Of a DNA stretch of 64,000 nucleotides, positions 10,527-21,371 are shown one piece after another. Location: NCBI GenBank assembly GCA_048940445.1, contig JBHLON010000006.1:1-64000 (forward strand), written 5' to 3'. Positions within the stretch are counted from its first letter, which is position 1, and every line of letters starts with the position of its first letter. The stretch comes from Promethearchaeota archaeon. Its GTDB lineage: Archaea > Asgardarchaeota > Lokiarchaeia > Sigyniarchaeales > SOKP01. A program made the translations under genes and the position numbers. The notes beneath the pieces were generated by a model, which was not told the DNA's origin, did no database searches, and worked only from the letters and a program-made list of their open reading frames with translations.

Positions 10527-10702
10527 GTTTTACCCTTTATTACGATTTTTTTAAATTAAGATTTCTATTAATTAATCTATTATTTATTAATTTTCTATAT
10601 AAACATTTCTTTAATCTATAAAGTCTTGATTTAATGCTTAGAATTATATATAAATAATAAAATGTGTTATTAGAATTATTCATAATCTGATTTAATTAAT
10701 AA

Positions 10703-11494
10703 GTGAGTTATAAAAAGATGGAATACTTCTCTCTCGAAAAAAATATTGAAATTGCTTATATCATCAGTGGAAAAGATGAGGGGCCTAAAATGGTCTTATT
10801 ACACGGCCTTTTCTTGAATAGTGATTGTTGGAAATATCAACTTTCTGAATTTGAGAAATCATTTAATATTCTTAGGTTTGATCTTCGTGGTCATGGAAGA
10901 TCTACAAAACCAAAAAAGCGTTTTACCATTCGTAATTATGTTGATGATATGTTTGCATTGTTGAATCATATCGGGTGGAATCAAGAGTTGTATTTAGTCG
11001 GGCACTCTTTGGGAGGCATGATTGCATTAGTTTATGGCATTGAAAATCCAGCCCATGTTAAAAAGATGGTTGTGGCAGATAGCTTTTGCTTTATAAGTCA
11101 AGAAGCAATTACTGATGTATTGGGAAGAGTTAACAGTAATAAACTAGAAGATTTTGCAATTGGAATTAGTGTAAGAGGCTTACTCCCTTATAATCAAGAA
11201 GTTGCTGAGTTTGTGGCCAAATTGGTAACAGATCATATGACAAAGAAGGATTGTTTACAAGCAACTGCTGCTTCTGCGGGATTTAATATTTGTGAACATC
11301 TAAAAAATCTTCAACTTCCTATTCTAGTTCTAGTAGGTAAAAAAGATATTACAACCCCTGTTTGGGCAAGTGAAATGATTCATGAATGGCTTCCCCAATC
11401 AGAATTAATAATTATGCCAGATGCGGGCCATTTAACTATATTGGATCATCCTAAAGAATTTAATGATCTCGTACTAGATTTTTGGAAAAAATAA
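10703..11494 (+). CDS. Alpha/beta hydrolase (PcaD/enol-lactonase-like)
   Basis: LLHG, DLRGHGRS, GHSLGG nucleophile elbow, Asp (KKD) and His (AGH). Confidence 0.9.
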   Translation: MSYKKMEYFSLEKNIEIAYIISGKDEGPKMVLLHGLFLNSDCWKYQLSEFEKSFNILRFDLRGHGRSTKPKKRFTIRNYVDDMFALLNHIGWNQELYLVGHSLGGMIALVYGIENPAHVKKMVVADSFCFISQEAITDVLGRVNSNKLEDFAIGISVRGLLPYNQEVAEFVAKLVTDHMTKKDCLQATAASAGFNICEHLKNLQLPILVLVGKKDITTPVWASEMIHEWLPQSELIIMPDAGHLTILDHPKEFNDLVLDFWKK

Positions 11495-11504
11495 AAAAAA
11501 GAAT

Positions 11505-12533
11505 TTATTTTGTTAAGCCCCATCTAATTACTCCTGCATTCCACGCCCATCCAATTCCTGCAGCAGTAAGTACCACAATATCTCCATCTTTTATTTTTCC
11601 ACTTTTTACTCCATATTCTATAGAAATTATCCCATCATTTTGACCATTATGGCCGATATCCTCAAAATAAGTAGCTTGCTTATAGGGATCAACTCCCACT
11701 GTCTTAGCAACATATTCAAAGGCACTTCTTTTCATATGTAAAAGAGCTAAATAATCAACATCTTCCCTTTTATAACCAGACTTGGATAAAGCATCATCAA
11801 TTACTCTTACAAAAGAATCCATCGAAAATTGATCTAATCTCTCTTTCAATCCTTCTGGATCTGGAACGTCTAAATAGATTAAATCTTCCTTAATTGCCTC
11901 AACAGAAATAGGTTGCATAGTTCCACCTGCAGGTACATAGACATCGTCGGCAAATCTACCATCTGAAATTGCAGATATTCCTAAAATTTCATTATTTTTA
12001 GAATCACCAACTAACACTGCGGCAGCACCACTTGCAGCAAGACTTATCATAAAGCGAGATCTTTGATTTTTATAATTAATTAAATCAGAATTTCTGTACC
12101 CACTAGCCACCAATACTTTATTGAATTCAGGGTTAGTCTGAATTAAACTTTTGGCTAGCAACATACCCACTAAAAATGTCCCACATCTTTGATTGATATC
12201 AAACGCCCATGGATGATCAGGGTTACCTAATAATTGTTGTAATTTTATACCGTATGTCATCATTGGCCTTTCGGCATAAACTTCTCCAGCCCATACAATA
12301 AGATCAAGCTCATTAGGAGTAATTTTTGCTCTTTCAAGTGCTTGAAAACTTGCTTTTGCCCCCATAGCGACCGTATGATCTTCCTTTCCAGGAACAGTTT
12401 TACTTTTCAATCCAAATTTTTCCTCAATAACATCTTTAGGAATTCCAGTTTCTTTGGATATAATGTCACTTGAATGTCTTTCCTTAGGAAGATAAATCCC
12501 CCATGATTCCAAACCAACGGATCGAAACTTCAT
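11505..12533 (-). CDS. FabH/KAS III-like condensing enzyme (3-oxoacyl-ACP synthase III superfamily)
   Basis: DINQRC catalytic Cys, LLH, GHNG, terminal AAGIGWAW. Confidence 0.85.
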   Translation of the reverse strand: MKFRSVGLESWGIYLPKERHSSDIISKETGIPKDVIEEKFGLKSKTVPGKEDHTVAMGAKASFQALERAKITPNELDLIVWAGEVYAERPMMTYGIKLQQLLGNPDHPWAFDINQRCGTFLVGMLLAKSLIQTNPEFNKVLVASGYRNSDLINYKNQRSRFMISLAASGAAAVLVGDSKNNEILGISAISDGRFADDVYVPAGGTMQPISVEAIKEDLIYLDVPDPEGLKERLDQFSMDSFVRVIDDALSKSGYKREDVDYLALLHMKRSAFEYVAKTVGVDPYKQATYFEDIGHNGQNDGIISIEYGVKSGKIKDGDIVVLTAAGIGWAWNAGVIRWGLTK

Positions 12534-12541
12534 GTTTTCAC

Positions 12542-14092
12542 CTATTCTAATTCACGTTTTAATATTTTTCCAGTAGCGCTCGTTGGTAGAGAATCTCTTA
12601 TTTCGAAATACTTAGGAATTTTATATTTTGCCAATCGTTCTGTCAAATAATTACGAATTTTATCAACACTAATTTGATGATCTGGTTTTAAGGTTAAGAA
12701 AGCTTTTCCAACTTCACCCCACTTTTCATCAGGTACTCCAATGACAGCAGCAAGATCAATCGCGGGATGTTTGAATAAGAGTTCTTCAATCTCAATCGGG
12801 TAGACATTTTCTCCTCCACTAATATACATTTCTTTCCTGCGACCTACAATATAATAAAAATTTTCGTCATCCTGCATCGCCAAATCTCCTGTATGAACCC
12901 ATCCATCTGGCTCAATAGTCTTTTTAGTTTCTTCTGGTTCATCCCAGTATCCGGAAAAAATATGGGGCCCTTTGAGCATGAGCTCTCCAACTTCTCCTTG
13001 GTTCACAATCTTGTCTGTTTTTGTATTGATTATTTTCATATCACAATGAAATACAGGTAAGCCTACTGAAGTCGGTTTTTGTTTAATTCTTTCTTCAGGA
13101 AGATAGAAATTATTAGGACCGACTTCAGTTAGGCCATAACCCATTTTAAATAACTTATTTTTCGCCCAGTATCTCTCCATTATGGCAACGGGGCATGGAG
13201 CCCCTCCTGAGATGAATATTCTAACAGACTCAAAATTGGTTTTTTCAAAAAGCGGTGAATTTGCCATCATATGAAACATTGTTGGAACCCCTATTACAAT
13301 ACTACAGCCTTCCTTATCAATAACATTAATTGTTTCTTCAGGATTGAAATCACCCATTAATATTGTCTTTGCTCCAAGATGATAAAATGGAACTAAAAGA
13401 ACATTCCACCCTCCAGTATGGAAGAGAGGGAATAATAGTGGTTGAACGTCATCCGGTCTTAAACTCCATGAAATAATAGTATTTATAGAATTCCAAAATA
13501 TTAATCTATGGGAAAGTACTGCTCCCTTAGGCAATCCAGTTGTACCACCTGTAAATAAAATTAGATGTGGATCTTCAAAGTTTATAATAGGGCGTTCAAT
13601 TTGCAAATTTGAAATTTTTCTTGTTAAAAAGTCAATAGTATTATCTTCTAATGTTGTTTTGTTTCCCATTACGATATAATTTTGAATTAAAGCTTTTTCT
13701 TTAATTCGTTTAACTATGGCTCCAAATTTAGTTTCATAGAAAAAAAGAGATGGCTTAATTTTTTTTAATAAGTAATCAAGCTCTTGTAGTGATAATCTTA
13801 TATTAAACGGAACAAGTATTGCTCCTAGTTTCCCCGTAGCTAAAAAAAGATCGATACATTCAATTCTATTTGTAGAAAACATAGCTACACGATCTCCTTT
13901 TGAGATTCCCTCATTCAATAGCACTTTGGCAAGTCTATTTGCTCTTAAATTCAGATCATTGTAAGTGTATAGGTTCTTTTCAATATTGTCAACAATTGCT
14001 TCTCGATCTGGGGTCAAAGTTGCGCGTTTCTCTGCCCAATCACCAATCCAATTGAATTCATCTGGAATAATATTGTTTTCTACCTTTACCAA
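12542..14092 (-). CDS. Acyl-CoA synthetase (AMP-forming)
   Basis: FTGGTTGLPKG, GYGLTE, TGDL, SGGENVYP, GKILK. Confidence 0.92.
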   Translation of the reverse strand: MVKVENNIIPDEFNWIGDWAEKRATLTPDREAIVDNIEKNLYTYNDLNLRANRLAKVLLNEGISKGDRVAMFSTNRIECIDLFLATGKLGAILVPFNIRLSLQELDYLLKKIKPSLFFYETKFGAIVKRIKEKALIQNYIVMGNKTTLEDNTIDFLTRKISNLQIERPIINFEDPHLILFTGGTTGLPKGAVLSHRLIFWNSINTIISWSLRPDDVQPLLFPLFHTGGWNVLLVPFYHLGAKTILMGDFNPEETINVIDKEGCSIVIGVPTMFHMMANSPLFEKTNFESVRIFISGGAPCPVAIMERYWAKNKLFKMGYGLTEVGPNNFYLPEERIKQKPTSVGLPVFHCDMKIINTKTDKIVNQGEVGELMLKGPHIFSGYWDEPEETKKTIEPDGWVHTGDLAMQDDENFYYIVGRRKEMYISGGENVYPIEIEELLFKHPAIDLAAVIGVPDEKWGEVGKAFLTLKPDHQISVDKIRNYLTERLAKYKIPKYFEIRDSLPTSATGKILKRELE

Positions 14093-14100
14093 TTAGATTT

Positions 14101-15339
14101 TCACCCTACTGCTTTATAGATAGGCCATTTCCTCCAGACATATGCAAATAAGATTTCAATCCATAGAAACCATAGTGTAAAAGGAGTTGGATTCATCTTC
14201 CAATAATTTGGATTATCTCCAAATAAGTAGGGAGATAGTAAATAATATCCAAAAAAAGTCACTGTACCAATAGCTATAACAATTAAAAATCTAATGAGAA
14301 AATTTTTCCATTGTGCATATTTTTTTGGCCAATTGTCAAAGAATAAAGCTACTAAAACAACCGCACATATAAGAAAGATCGCATAAGTAATGCTCATCAT
14401 ATACCATCCTTTAAATTGAGTCACTGAATCTGGTGGTACACCTCCGATTGCTTGAAAGAATGGATCGAAAAGGAATCCAGCTATATAAGGAAAAATCAAT
14501 GAAAGTAGTAGCCCCAATAAAACACAAGAAGCAAATGCAATTATGCCTATAAATGGCTGTTTCCTTCCTAATTTACTCCATGGCCAATATTCAAATACCA
14601 TAAGAGTGAGGAGAGAGAAAAAAATTATCCATTGTGTCCACCCAAGTGAGAATGCATAACTAGGAAAATGAAATACGTCTACGACAACATCAACCTCAGT
14701 ACCAGCTGTACGAACCCCTGTTGGAATGAATAATAAAAACCATATAAGTAATGTTATAGCGTTTCCAATCAGCCATACTATAAATCCACGTTTGGGCTGT
14801 TTTATTTTAAAGAATGGCCAGTACATCGTACCTGCTACCCATAGAACGGCAAAAGAAAAACAAGAACCACTCAATGCTCCAAATATGGATGCTCCTAAAA
14901 ACCAAGCTACATATGCATTAATTTCTGGTGTAGAACCCGTAGTTTCACTCCCATAAAATATGTTGAACACAGGAAGTAAAACAAGAGTAAATAGGAGGAT
15001 AATACCCCCATTAATTGCAGTACCCACTAATCCTACTTTCCAAGGAGTCCGAAACCAATTATAATAAGGCCAGTTCTCAAACCATATTGCCCATACTACT
15101 CCAATTAGTCCAAAGCCACCAATAACAGTTGCCCAAGCAGTGTAACCCATAGGTGCCCAATCGGGAGTTGGATGTAAGCGAGGGTCAAAAAAGATAAACC
15201 ATGTTATCCAAGCAATAACAAATACAAGCAATATTGATAAGATCCCTGCTGTTGGTTGTTTAAATCGAGCCATAACAACCATGGGAGCTTCATCAGCAGA
15301 AGGAATTCCTACTTTTTCACCTGCTAAAGCCATAATCAT
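14101..15339 (-). CDS. Polytopic membrane protein with five internal xxWP repeats; putative transporter
   Basis: About 10 TM helices; FENWP, TMYWP, FEYWP, FDNWP, WRKWP; upstream and co-oriented with the acyl-CoA synthetase. Confidence 0.6.
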   Translation of the reverse strand: MIMALAGEKVGIPSADEAPMVVMARFKQPTAGILSILLVFVIAWITWFIFFDPRLHPTPDWAPMGYTAWATVIGGFGLIGVVWAIWFENWPYYNWFRTPWKVGLVGTAINGGIILLFTLVLLPVFNIFYGSETTGSTPEINAYVAWFLGASIFGALSGSCFSFAVLWVAGTMYWPFFKIKQPKRGFIVWLIGNAITLLIWFLLFIPTGVRTAGTEVDVVVDVFHFPSYAFSLGWTQWIIFFSLLTLMVFEYWPWSKLGRKQPFIGIIAFASCVLLGLLLSLIFPYIAGFLFDPFFQAIGGVPPDSVTQFKGWYMMSITYAIFLICAVVLVALFFDNWPKKYAQWKNFLIRFLIVIAIGTVTFFGYYLLSPYLFGDNPNYWKMNPTPFTLWFLWIEILFAYVWRKWPIYKAVG

Positions 15340-15618
15340 TCACTAATTTTTTATGATTTTGATATGTTTTATGTTTATTTTTATATATATAAATCATATA
15401 TTTGAGAATATTCCATTTAAAGTTTTAAACTTGTAAATTAAAATCATTCTTTTAAATTTAAGAGATTATTATAATTTATTAATTTAATATGGTGAAAGAA
15501 AATTAATGATCAAAAAAGTACATTAAATTTTTACACTACGATTATAAGAATATTAGTATTTTTTCTAATACTTATTTCTATTTTTGCTTGGATCACTTAT
15601 GGCACATTAGAAGGTGTT

Positions 15619-17229
15619 TTGGGGACTCTTGCTTATATCATTGTAGGCTTGTTATGTCTATTTCCATGGTTAATCCCGTTTGCTGGAATCCCTTTAGGTA
15701 TTTTAGATGTTTTAAATATATATGGATTTGATATGTATAATTTAACATTGAAGTTTGCTCATTTAAACTCCTCTTGGATATCTATTTTCTGGTACTGGTT
15801 TATTTCTATTGTTGGAATTTTAGTAGATATAATTCTAATATATTTAATTGTTTCATGGTTAAAAGGATTAAAATATAGAAAAAAGAAGGTTAAAACTAAT
15901 CTTGCTCTAATTAATTGCTCTATTATTGATGGAAACAGAGATAGCAAGATTTTGGAAGATGGCATAATTTTAATTAAAAATCTAATTAACAATAATGAAA
16001 ATTTAGGAACAATCGCGGCAGTAGGAAGTAAAAAAGATATTAAAATTCCTGAAGAATATAAAAAGATCGATTTAAAAGGAAATTATGTCTTACCAGGGTT
16101 AATAAATGCCCATTGCCATTTAACAGGCAGTGGAAAACCAACGAGATTGACAAAATTAAGCGATGAAATGATGAAAAAATTCATTAAATTGTTAGAAAAT
16201 CCACTTGGTAAAACAATACTTTTTAATATGATGAGGAAAAATGCCTTAACAGCTTTAAATGCAGGAACAACTACATTAAGAACTATGGGAGATCCCCATT
16301 ATGTAGACTTGAAATTAAGAGATAAAATAAATAAAGGGAAAATGTTGGGTCCAAATTTAGTATGCGCAGGGAAAGGAATATGTATAACAGGTGGTCATGG
16401 AGGTGCAATGACATATATAGCAGATTCCATTCCTGAAATTAGGAAGGCGATTAGAAAAAATCTTAGAAAAAGAGTAGATTTCATAAAAATACTTTCAACC
16501 GGAGGTGTTATGGATGCACGAAAGATCGGAGAAGCTGGAAGACCTCAAATGACTTTAGAAGAAATTGAAACTGCTTGTTTTGAAGCACATCGTGGCGGGT
16601 TATTAGTAGCAACACATTGTGAATCCACAGAAGGGATAAAAGAAGCTTTACAAGGTGGTGTTGATAGCATTGAACATGGTGCTGAAATTACTGATGATTT
16701 GATTCCCATATTTAAAAATAATCCTAAAGCACTTAGAGGATATAGTGCTATAACCCCTACTATTAGTGCTGGTATGGGTTTAGCAACTTTACCAATTGAA
16801 GATACAAAAATTATGTTAGAAAGTTTTGAAAACGCCAAATTTGTTGAAAGAGGAATGATTTATGCACTACAGAAAGCTTATTTAGAAGGAATTAACATTT
16901 CCTGCGGAACAGATGCTTCGGTTCCCTATTCTACGCATTATGAGCTATGGAAGGAATTGAAATATTATCTTAGGTATACAAAAATGACCCCACAGGAATC
17001 AATTTATTATGCAACTAAAGGGAATGCTAAAAATATTGGAATAGATAATTTTACTGGTAGTATCGAGACTGGTAAATCTGCTGATATGATTGTAGTTCCA
17101 GGAAATCCATTTGAAAATATTGATTATTTAGGTGAAGTAGTTATGGTAATTATTAGAGGAAATTTAATTAGTAAACCCAAAATAAAGAAAATTAAGAAAT
17201 TAAAAGAGTTAACTCCAATAGAACTTTAA
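15619..17229 (+). CDS. Metal-dependent amidohydrolase (Xaa-Pro dipeptidase-like) with N-terminal membrane anchor
   Basis: LPGLINAHCH, TGGHG, IK, ATH, SIEHG, GTD motifs; two hydrophobic N-terminal segments. Confidence 0.85.
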   Translation: MGTLAYIIVGLLCLFPWLIPFAGIPLGILDVLNIYGFDMYNLTLKFAHLNSSWISIFWYWFISIVGILVDIILIYLIVSWLKGLKYRKKKVKTNLALINCSIIDGNRDSKILEDGIILIKNLINNNENLGTIAAVGSKKDIKIPEEYKKIDLKGNYVLPGLINAHCHLTGSGKPTRLTKLSDEMMKKFIKLLENPLGKTILFNMMRKNALTALNAGTTTLRTMGDPHYVDLKLRDKINKGKMLGPNLVCAGKGICITGGHGGAMTYIADSIPEIRKAIRKNLRKRVDFIKILSTGGVMDARKIGEAGRPQMTLEEIETACFEAHRGGLLVATHCESTEGIKEALQGGVDSIEHGAEITDDLIPIFKNNPKALRGYSAITPTISAGMGLATLPIEDTKIMLESFENAKFVERGMIYALQKAYLEGINISCGTDASVPYSTHYELWKELKYYLRYTKMTPQESIYYATKGNAKNIGIDNFTGSIETGKSADMIVVPGNPFENIDYLGEVVMVIIRGNLISKPKIKKIKKLKELTPIEL

Positions 17230-17391
17230 AATGAATTTTTTTTATCATTATTTAATTAATTAGACAGATTGTATTCATTTTATATTTTTACTAATTCATT
17301 CTCAATAAAATCGAGTTTATTTTGAAATCTAGAAGGCACTATTATTTAGGAGCCAGAAGACTTTACCAGTAAAGTTGTTTTCTAATTAGTT

Positions 17392-18204
17392 TTACTTTCT
17401 GCATCTAATGATTAAGAAAAAGGGAGCTATACGAGAATCATACTCTTCGGGATATTCCTTTAAAATTTCATCACTAGCATAAGGTTCACAGAACTCCTCC
17501 AGCTTAAAACCTGTTTTTATAAGTAGGTTAAGCCATTCAGAAAGAGTATGGTTAAATCTTGGAATTCTAAACTTCTTCATCTTTTCAGTCATTTCTATTG
17601 GGGCAGCACCAAATATCCACTCATCTATTTCCCCTTTAACTTTCTTGAAGTAATCCTTAATAATGAATCCTATCTTTCTGGGTTGAAAAGTCCCATCAGA
17701 AGAACGTACCTTATCATTTTCATTTCTTACCCATTCCCATATACCTTTTGAAATTGGATGACTAATAGAAAATTGAAAGAATCCATTAGGTTTAAGTACT
17801 CGAAAAGCCTCCGTTAGGGCTTTTTTATGATCTGCTATATCCATCAGACTCATAGTAGCCATTATGAAATGAAAATGATTATCTGGAAAAGGAAGGTTTA
17901 CCGCATTTGCAATTTGAAATTTAATTCCCAAAGTTTCTAATTGTTCAGACTCTTTAGCATATTTAATAAAGTTTTCAGATATATCGATTGCTGTCATATT
18001 CGCCCCTCTTTTTGCAGCTATTCTTGTATTATATCCCTCTCCACAGCCTATATCTAAACCACTTAAACCTGAGATCTCAGGGAGCATTTTAAAGAAGGCA
18101 GGTGCATTTATCAAATTTCTACACCGATCATACCCCAATCTAGCAAGTCTAGTCCAATTTTCCGCATTCTTATCCCAAAATTTGCCTACTTCTTTATCAT
18201 CCAT
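17392..18204 (-). CDS. Class I SAM-dependent methyltransferase
   Basis: LDIGCGEG motif I; RVLKPNG. Confidence 0.9.
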   Translation of the reverse strand: MDDKEVGKFWDKNAENWTRLARLGYDRCRNLINAPAFFKMLPEISGLSGLDIGCGEGYNTRIAAKRGANMTAIDISENFIKYAKESEQLETLGIKFQIANAVNLPFPDNHFHFIMATMSLMDIADHKKALTEAFRVLKPNGFFQFSISHPISKGIWEWVRNENDKVRSSDGTFQPRKIGFIIKDYFKKVKGEIDEWIFGAAPIEMTEKMKKFRIPRFNHTLSEWLNLLIKTGFKLEEFCEPYASDEILKEYPEEYDSRIAPFFLIIRCRK

Positions 18205-18259
18205 ATAATATTAATACTTATTGTTTTCCTTTAACTAAAACTGATTATAATCCAAAATT

Positions 18260-19591
18260 CTATAAAAAATCTTTGATCGTTTTCTGAGTTTTGATAAAAT
18301 TAATTATTTTACTGCTGTTTCTCCAGAATTTATAATCTACCATAAAGCCATCTGCCATTTTATAGATAGAATCATCAAAATTGTCTATAATAATAGGGTC
18401 ACTCGCCAACATAGCATTCCGAACTGTCTCCCTAATTACCCATACTCCTAAAGGAACAAGATAGCCTCCTGAAACTTCTCTGAAAATAAGAATTCTTGCT
18501 TGACGTTTGATATTATAAAGATATTCACATACAGAAAGTCGAGCAGCATAATAAGCTCCGGTTATATTACTTGCATAAGTAGTCCTTCCTCGATAAAATT
18601 CATAATCAGTCATTATCTGAGGCTTTAATTTCCGAGGATAACCATCGAGAGATATATTCCATAATGTATTTGGAGCCCATACTTCATTCATTTCATACAT
18701 AAAGCTTCCAGGAAAGAGCAGAATTTTGAAATGATTATCTAAGTAAGTTGATTCAAAAATTTGATATTGATCTATTTCAGGAAATTTCTTAATTTCCTCA
18801 ATTAAAGCTTTTGAAATGATATCGTCTACAGCTGTTATACTCCAGCGCGTCGGGACGAGCCTTCTGTTTGCTTTTTGCCCAAGTAACCCTGCAGAGAAAA
18901 TTCTTCTTATGGTTGATTCTGGAACATGCCCATCAAAATATAAATAATCAGATACAGCTTCAGTGGCTTTTAGATCTGTATCTGATACACAATATTCAAC
19001 TTTAGGATGTACTTTTACATTTTCAGTAATATTAATCTTTTCTGTCATACCGGTAGGTCCAAGAGGGGGTGCATGATCATCCATTAACATCCTAAAACTC
19101 ATCTTTGCTAATTTTGTTTCTGTATCTACTGGTCTTGCGGCCATGGCCAATTCTTGCGAAGTATCTAAGAGCCTTTGTACTCTTAATGGGGGTGTATTTT
19201 TTCTGCTAGTACGACCTATTCGTACATTCGATTTGAAATTATTGCGAACCAAACTGCTCCTGTATCTTATGACATCAACCATTTCCTTACCAAACCATAA
19301 TTCTGGAGCATCTAAAATATAATTATCTGAAATATCAAGATTTAGTTGAAATTCTTGATAGGGAACAAGGGGCCCTATATACACATTAGGATAATTGAAA
19401 TGCCCTACAAATACTCCTGGAGGGCTGGCACCAGAGACTTCTACATCCTTTATACCACTATCTAATTTGAATGGTACCATTGACTTTAATACAGACTTCT
19501 TTAGTAAAATAGGGCAAGATTTTTTACCACATAATAATCTTGAGCCTTTACATCTAAGACAAACGTTTCCTTCAGTTGGAGGGCGAACCAA
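18260..19591 (-). CDS. nreA: Archaeal DNA repair protein NreA (DUF650/DUF651)
   Basis: CLRCKGSRLLCGKKSCP, GASPPGVFVG, RRLVPTRWSITAVD, C-terminal PIP box QKTIKDFL; TTG start at 19591 inferred. Confidence 0.88.
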   Translation of the reverse strand: MVRPPTEGNVCLRCKGSRLLCGKKSCPILLKKSVLKSMVPFKLDSGIKDVEVSGASPPGVFVGHFNYPNVYIGPLVPYQEFQLNLDISDNYILDAPELWFGKEMVDVIRYRSSLVRNNFKSNVRIGRTSRKNTPPLRVQRLLDTSQELAMAARPVDTETKLAKMSFRMLMDDHAPPLGPTGMTEKINITENVKVHPKVEYCVSDTDLKATEAVSDYLYFDGHVPESTIRRIFSAGLLGQKANRRLVPTRWSITAVDDIISKALIEEIKKFPEIDQYQIFESTYLDNHFKILLFPGSFMYEMNEVWAPNTLWNISLDGYPRKLKPQIMTDYEFYRGRTTYASNITGAYYAARLSVCEYLYNIKRQARILIFREVSGGYLVPLGVWVIRETVRNAMLASDPIIIDNFDDSIYKMADGFMVDYKFWRNSSKIINFIKTQKTIKDFL

Positions 19592-19771
19592 TCTTTTTTC
19601 GCTTAAAAAGTAGTAGAATATAATTATAATAATGTTCTTACTTATAAAAAAGCTAAAAGAGTATAAATTTTTAATATTTATTGAAAAAATAATATAAATT
19701 TTTATTTTGATTTGATAAATTCTATATCTCAAATTTGACCAAGGAAGAGGATATTAATCCCCTGTACCTAT

Positions 19772-20593
19772 TCAAAAATATATTTTACTTTTTTGCTCCT
19801 TGATGCTTTCTTCGGTAACTTTTTCCTTATCCAATTTTTGGGACCAGGATTTAGACATGTCATTTATTTTTAGTACCTTTTCAGGGCAGATGTAAACACA
19901 TCCTAAACAAGCGATACATTTTTCCTTGTCAGCTTCACCCGATTCAGCTTCCATGGCTCCAGTGGGGCATAAATTTTCACAATCCAAACACATGATGCAC
20001 TCTTCGCCATATCTAGTCGGGAGTTGGGTGACCTTCTTAAATCTTAATGTTTCGGCCAAATTTAGCTTTTCTTCACTATATTCTGTCTTTTCCAATTCAC
20101 CTAATATTCTATCATCCTCACCAGTAAATCTTTTGCAGGTAAGCTCAACATAATCTTTTGCCACTTCAAAATCAAGTTCATTAGGGCGATCTTCCAGAGC
20201 CCTCCAGCCACCAAGGTTGAATGTATGGGCGCCTAAGAAATCAGCGGATGACACAACGATAAAATTTTGTTCTTTCAATATCTCTCTTGTGGAATAATGA
20301 GCTGGATGGACACCAAAGCCACCATATGTGAAAAACATTGAGCATTTTTTGCCTTTACCATCAAGAGTTCTTAACCAATCCCTCAATACTCGCGGGGCTC
20401 GACGAGCGTGAGTTGGCGCCCCAAATACTAACCCTTGATATGGTTCGAAATCAATCTTCCTTTGCCTATTTCCTAAGGGGGTAATATCAGTCATAGTGAC
20501 CCTAAACCCCTCTTCTTTAAATTTCTCTTTAATTACTTTTGCAATTTTAGCTGTGTTTCCTGTGGCTGAAAAGTACAATACCAATACTTTCAT
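19772..20593 (-). CDS. EFR1-type flavodoxin-ferredoxin fusion
   Basis: YFSATGNT flavodoxin motif plus two CxxCxxCxxxCP motifs; ATG at 20593. Confidence 0.88.
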   Translation of the reverse strand: MKVLVLYFSATGNTAKIAKVIKEKFKEEGFRVTMTDITPLGNRQRKIDFEPYQGLVFGAPTHARRAPRVLRDWLRTLDGKGKKCSMFFTYGGFGVHPAHYSTREILKEQNFIVVSSADFLGAHTFNLGGWRALEDRPNELDFEVAKDYVELTCKRFTGEDDRILGELEKTEYSEEKLNLAETLRFKKVTQLPTRYGEECIMCLDCENLCPTGAMEAESGEADKEKCIACLGCVYICPEKVLKINDMSKSWSQKLDKEKVTEESIKEQKSKIYF

Positions 20594-20918
20594 ATTATTT
20601 TTTCCTCTCTTTTTAACTGTATAGACTATATTGCCTATGTTTTGTGACTTATAATCATTATAATGAAAGCAAGCATACAATGTATGAAATAACATTTGAT
20701 AAACTTGATGCCCAAAATTATATAACTTTTGAAATTGCGAATAAGACTGCTATTGAAAGAGCAATTATTGATGAAAAATATCCTAATCGATGATTGATTA
20801 TACTTGCCCTCATCACGATCAATCATAATCATTGCAATTATTTAAAACTTTATAGAAGCGCCGTAAGGACAAAATTGTCTCAAAATAACAATCGAATGCA
20901 AAAATATTACCTTCAAAT

Positions 20919-20996
20919 GAGCTTTTTTTAGAAAATAATAGTTTAACTAAAATTGATGGGTTGGATCACCTTGCTGACCTAAACAAACGTCACTAA
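20919..20996 (+). pseudogene. Remnant of a leucine-rich repeat gene
   Basis: Translates ELFLENNSLTKIDGLDHLADL (SDS22-like LRR consensus); bounded by stops, no start. Confidence 0.5.
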
Positions 20997-21032
20997 AAAT
21001 TTTTTAATAATGCTGTTTTTTATAAATATCAC

Positions 21033-21371
21033 TTGAACTTGAAATTTCAAAGTTTAGTTGTTCAAACAATTTCCTTAATGTTATTATTCATAACATCAGT
21101 TGCGGGTATTAAATACATATTAAGTAATTGGAAAATCAATAAACTTGCTAAAAAAATTGAACGGCTTACTAAAAATAAAATAGATCGTAATAAATTTGAT
21201 TGTCTTATTCAAGAGTTTGTAAGGAAAAGGGAATTTAAAAAAGACGCTAAAAATATTATTGAAGGAACCGATTCAAATCTCCAAAATTTAGTTAGAAAAT
21301 TTGGTGATTTAGACTATAGATTAGATATGATTAATGATACACTCAAGAGATTTGAGAATTATAAAGAATGA
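21033..21371 (+). CDS. Small membrane-anchored helical hypothetical protein
   Basis: N-terminal TM helix then charged helical region. Confidence 0.5.
   Translation: MNLKFQSLVVQTISLMLLFITSVAGIKYILSNWKINKLAKKIERLTKNKIDRNKFDCLIQEFVRKREFKKDAKNIIEGTDSNLQNLVRKFGDLDYRLDMINDTLKRFENYKE

Noticed and set aside
19592-19732. ORF-track N-terminal extension of NreA (similar cases for EFR1, CorA, HAD and the SPPY methyltransferase)
   Set aside because: Low-complexity AT-rich promoter sequence with no family similarity
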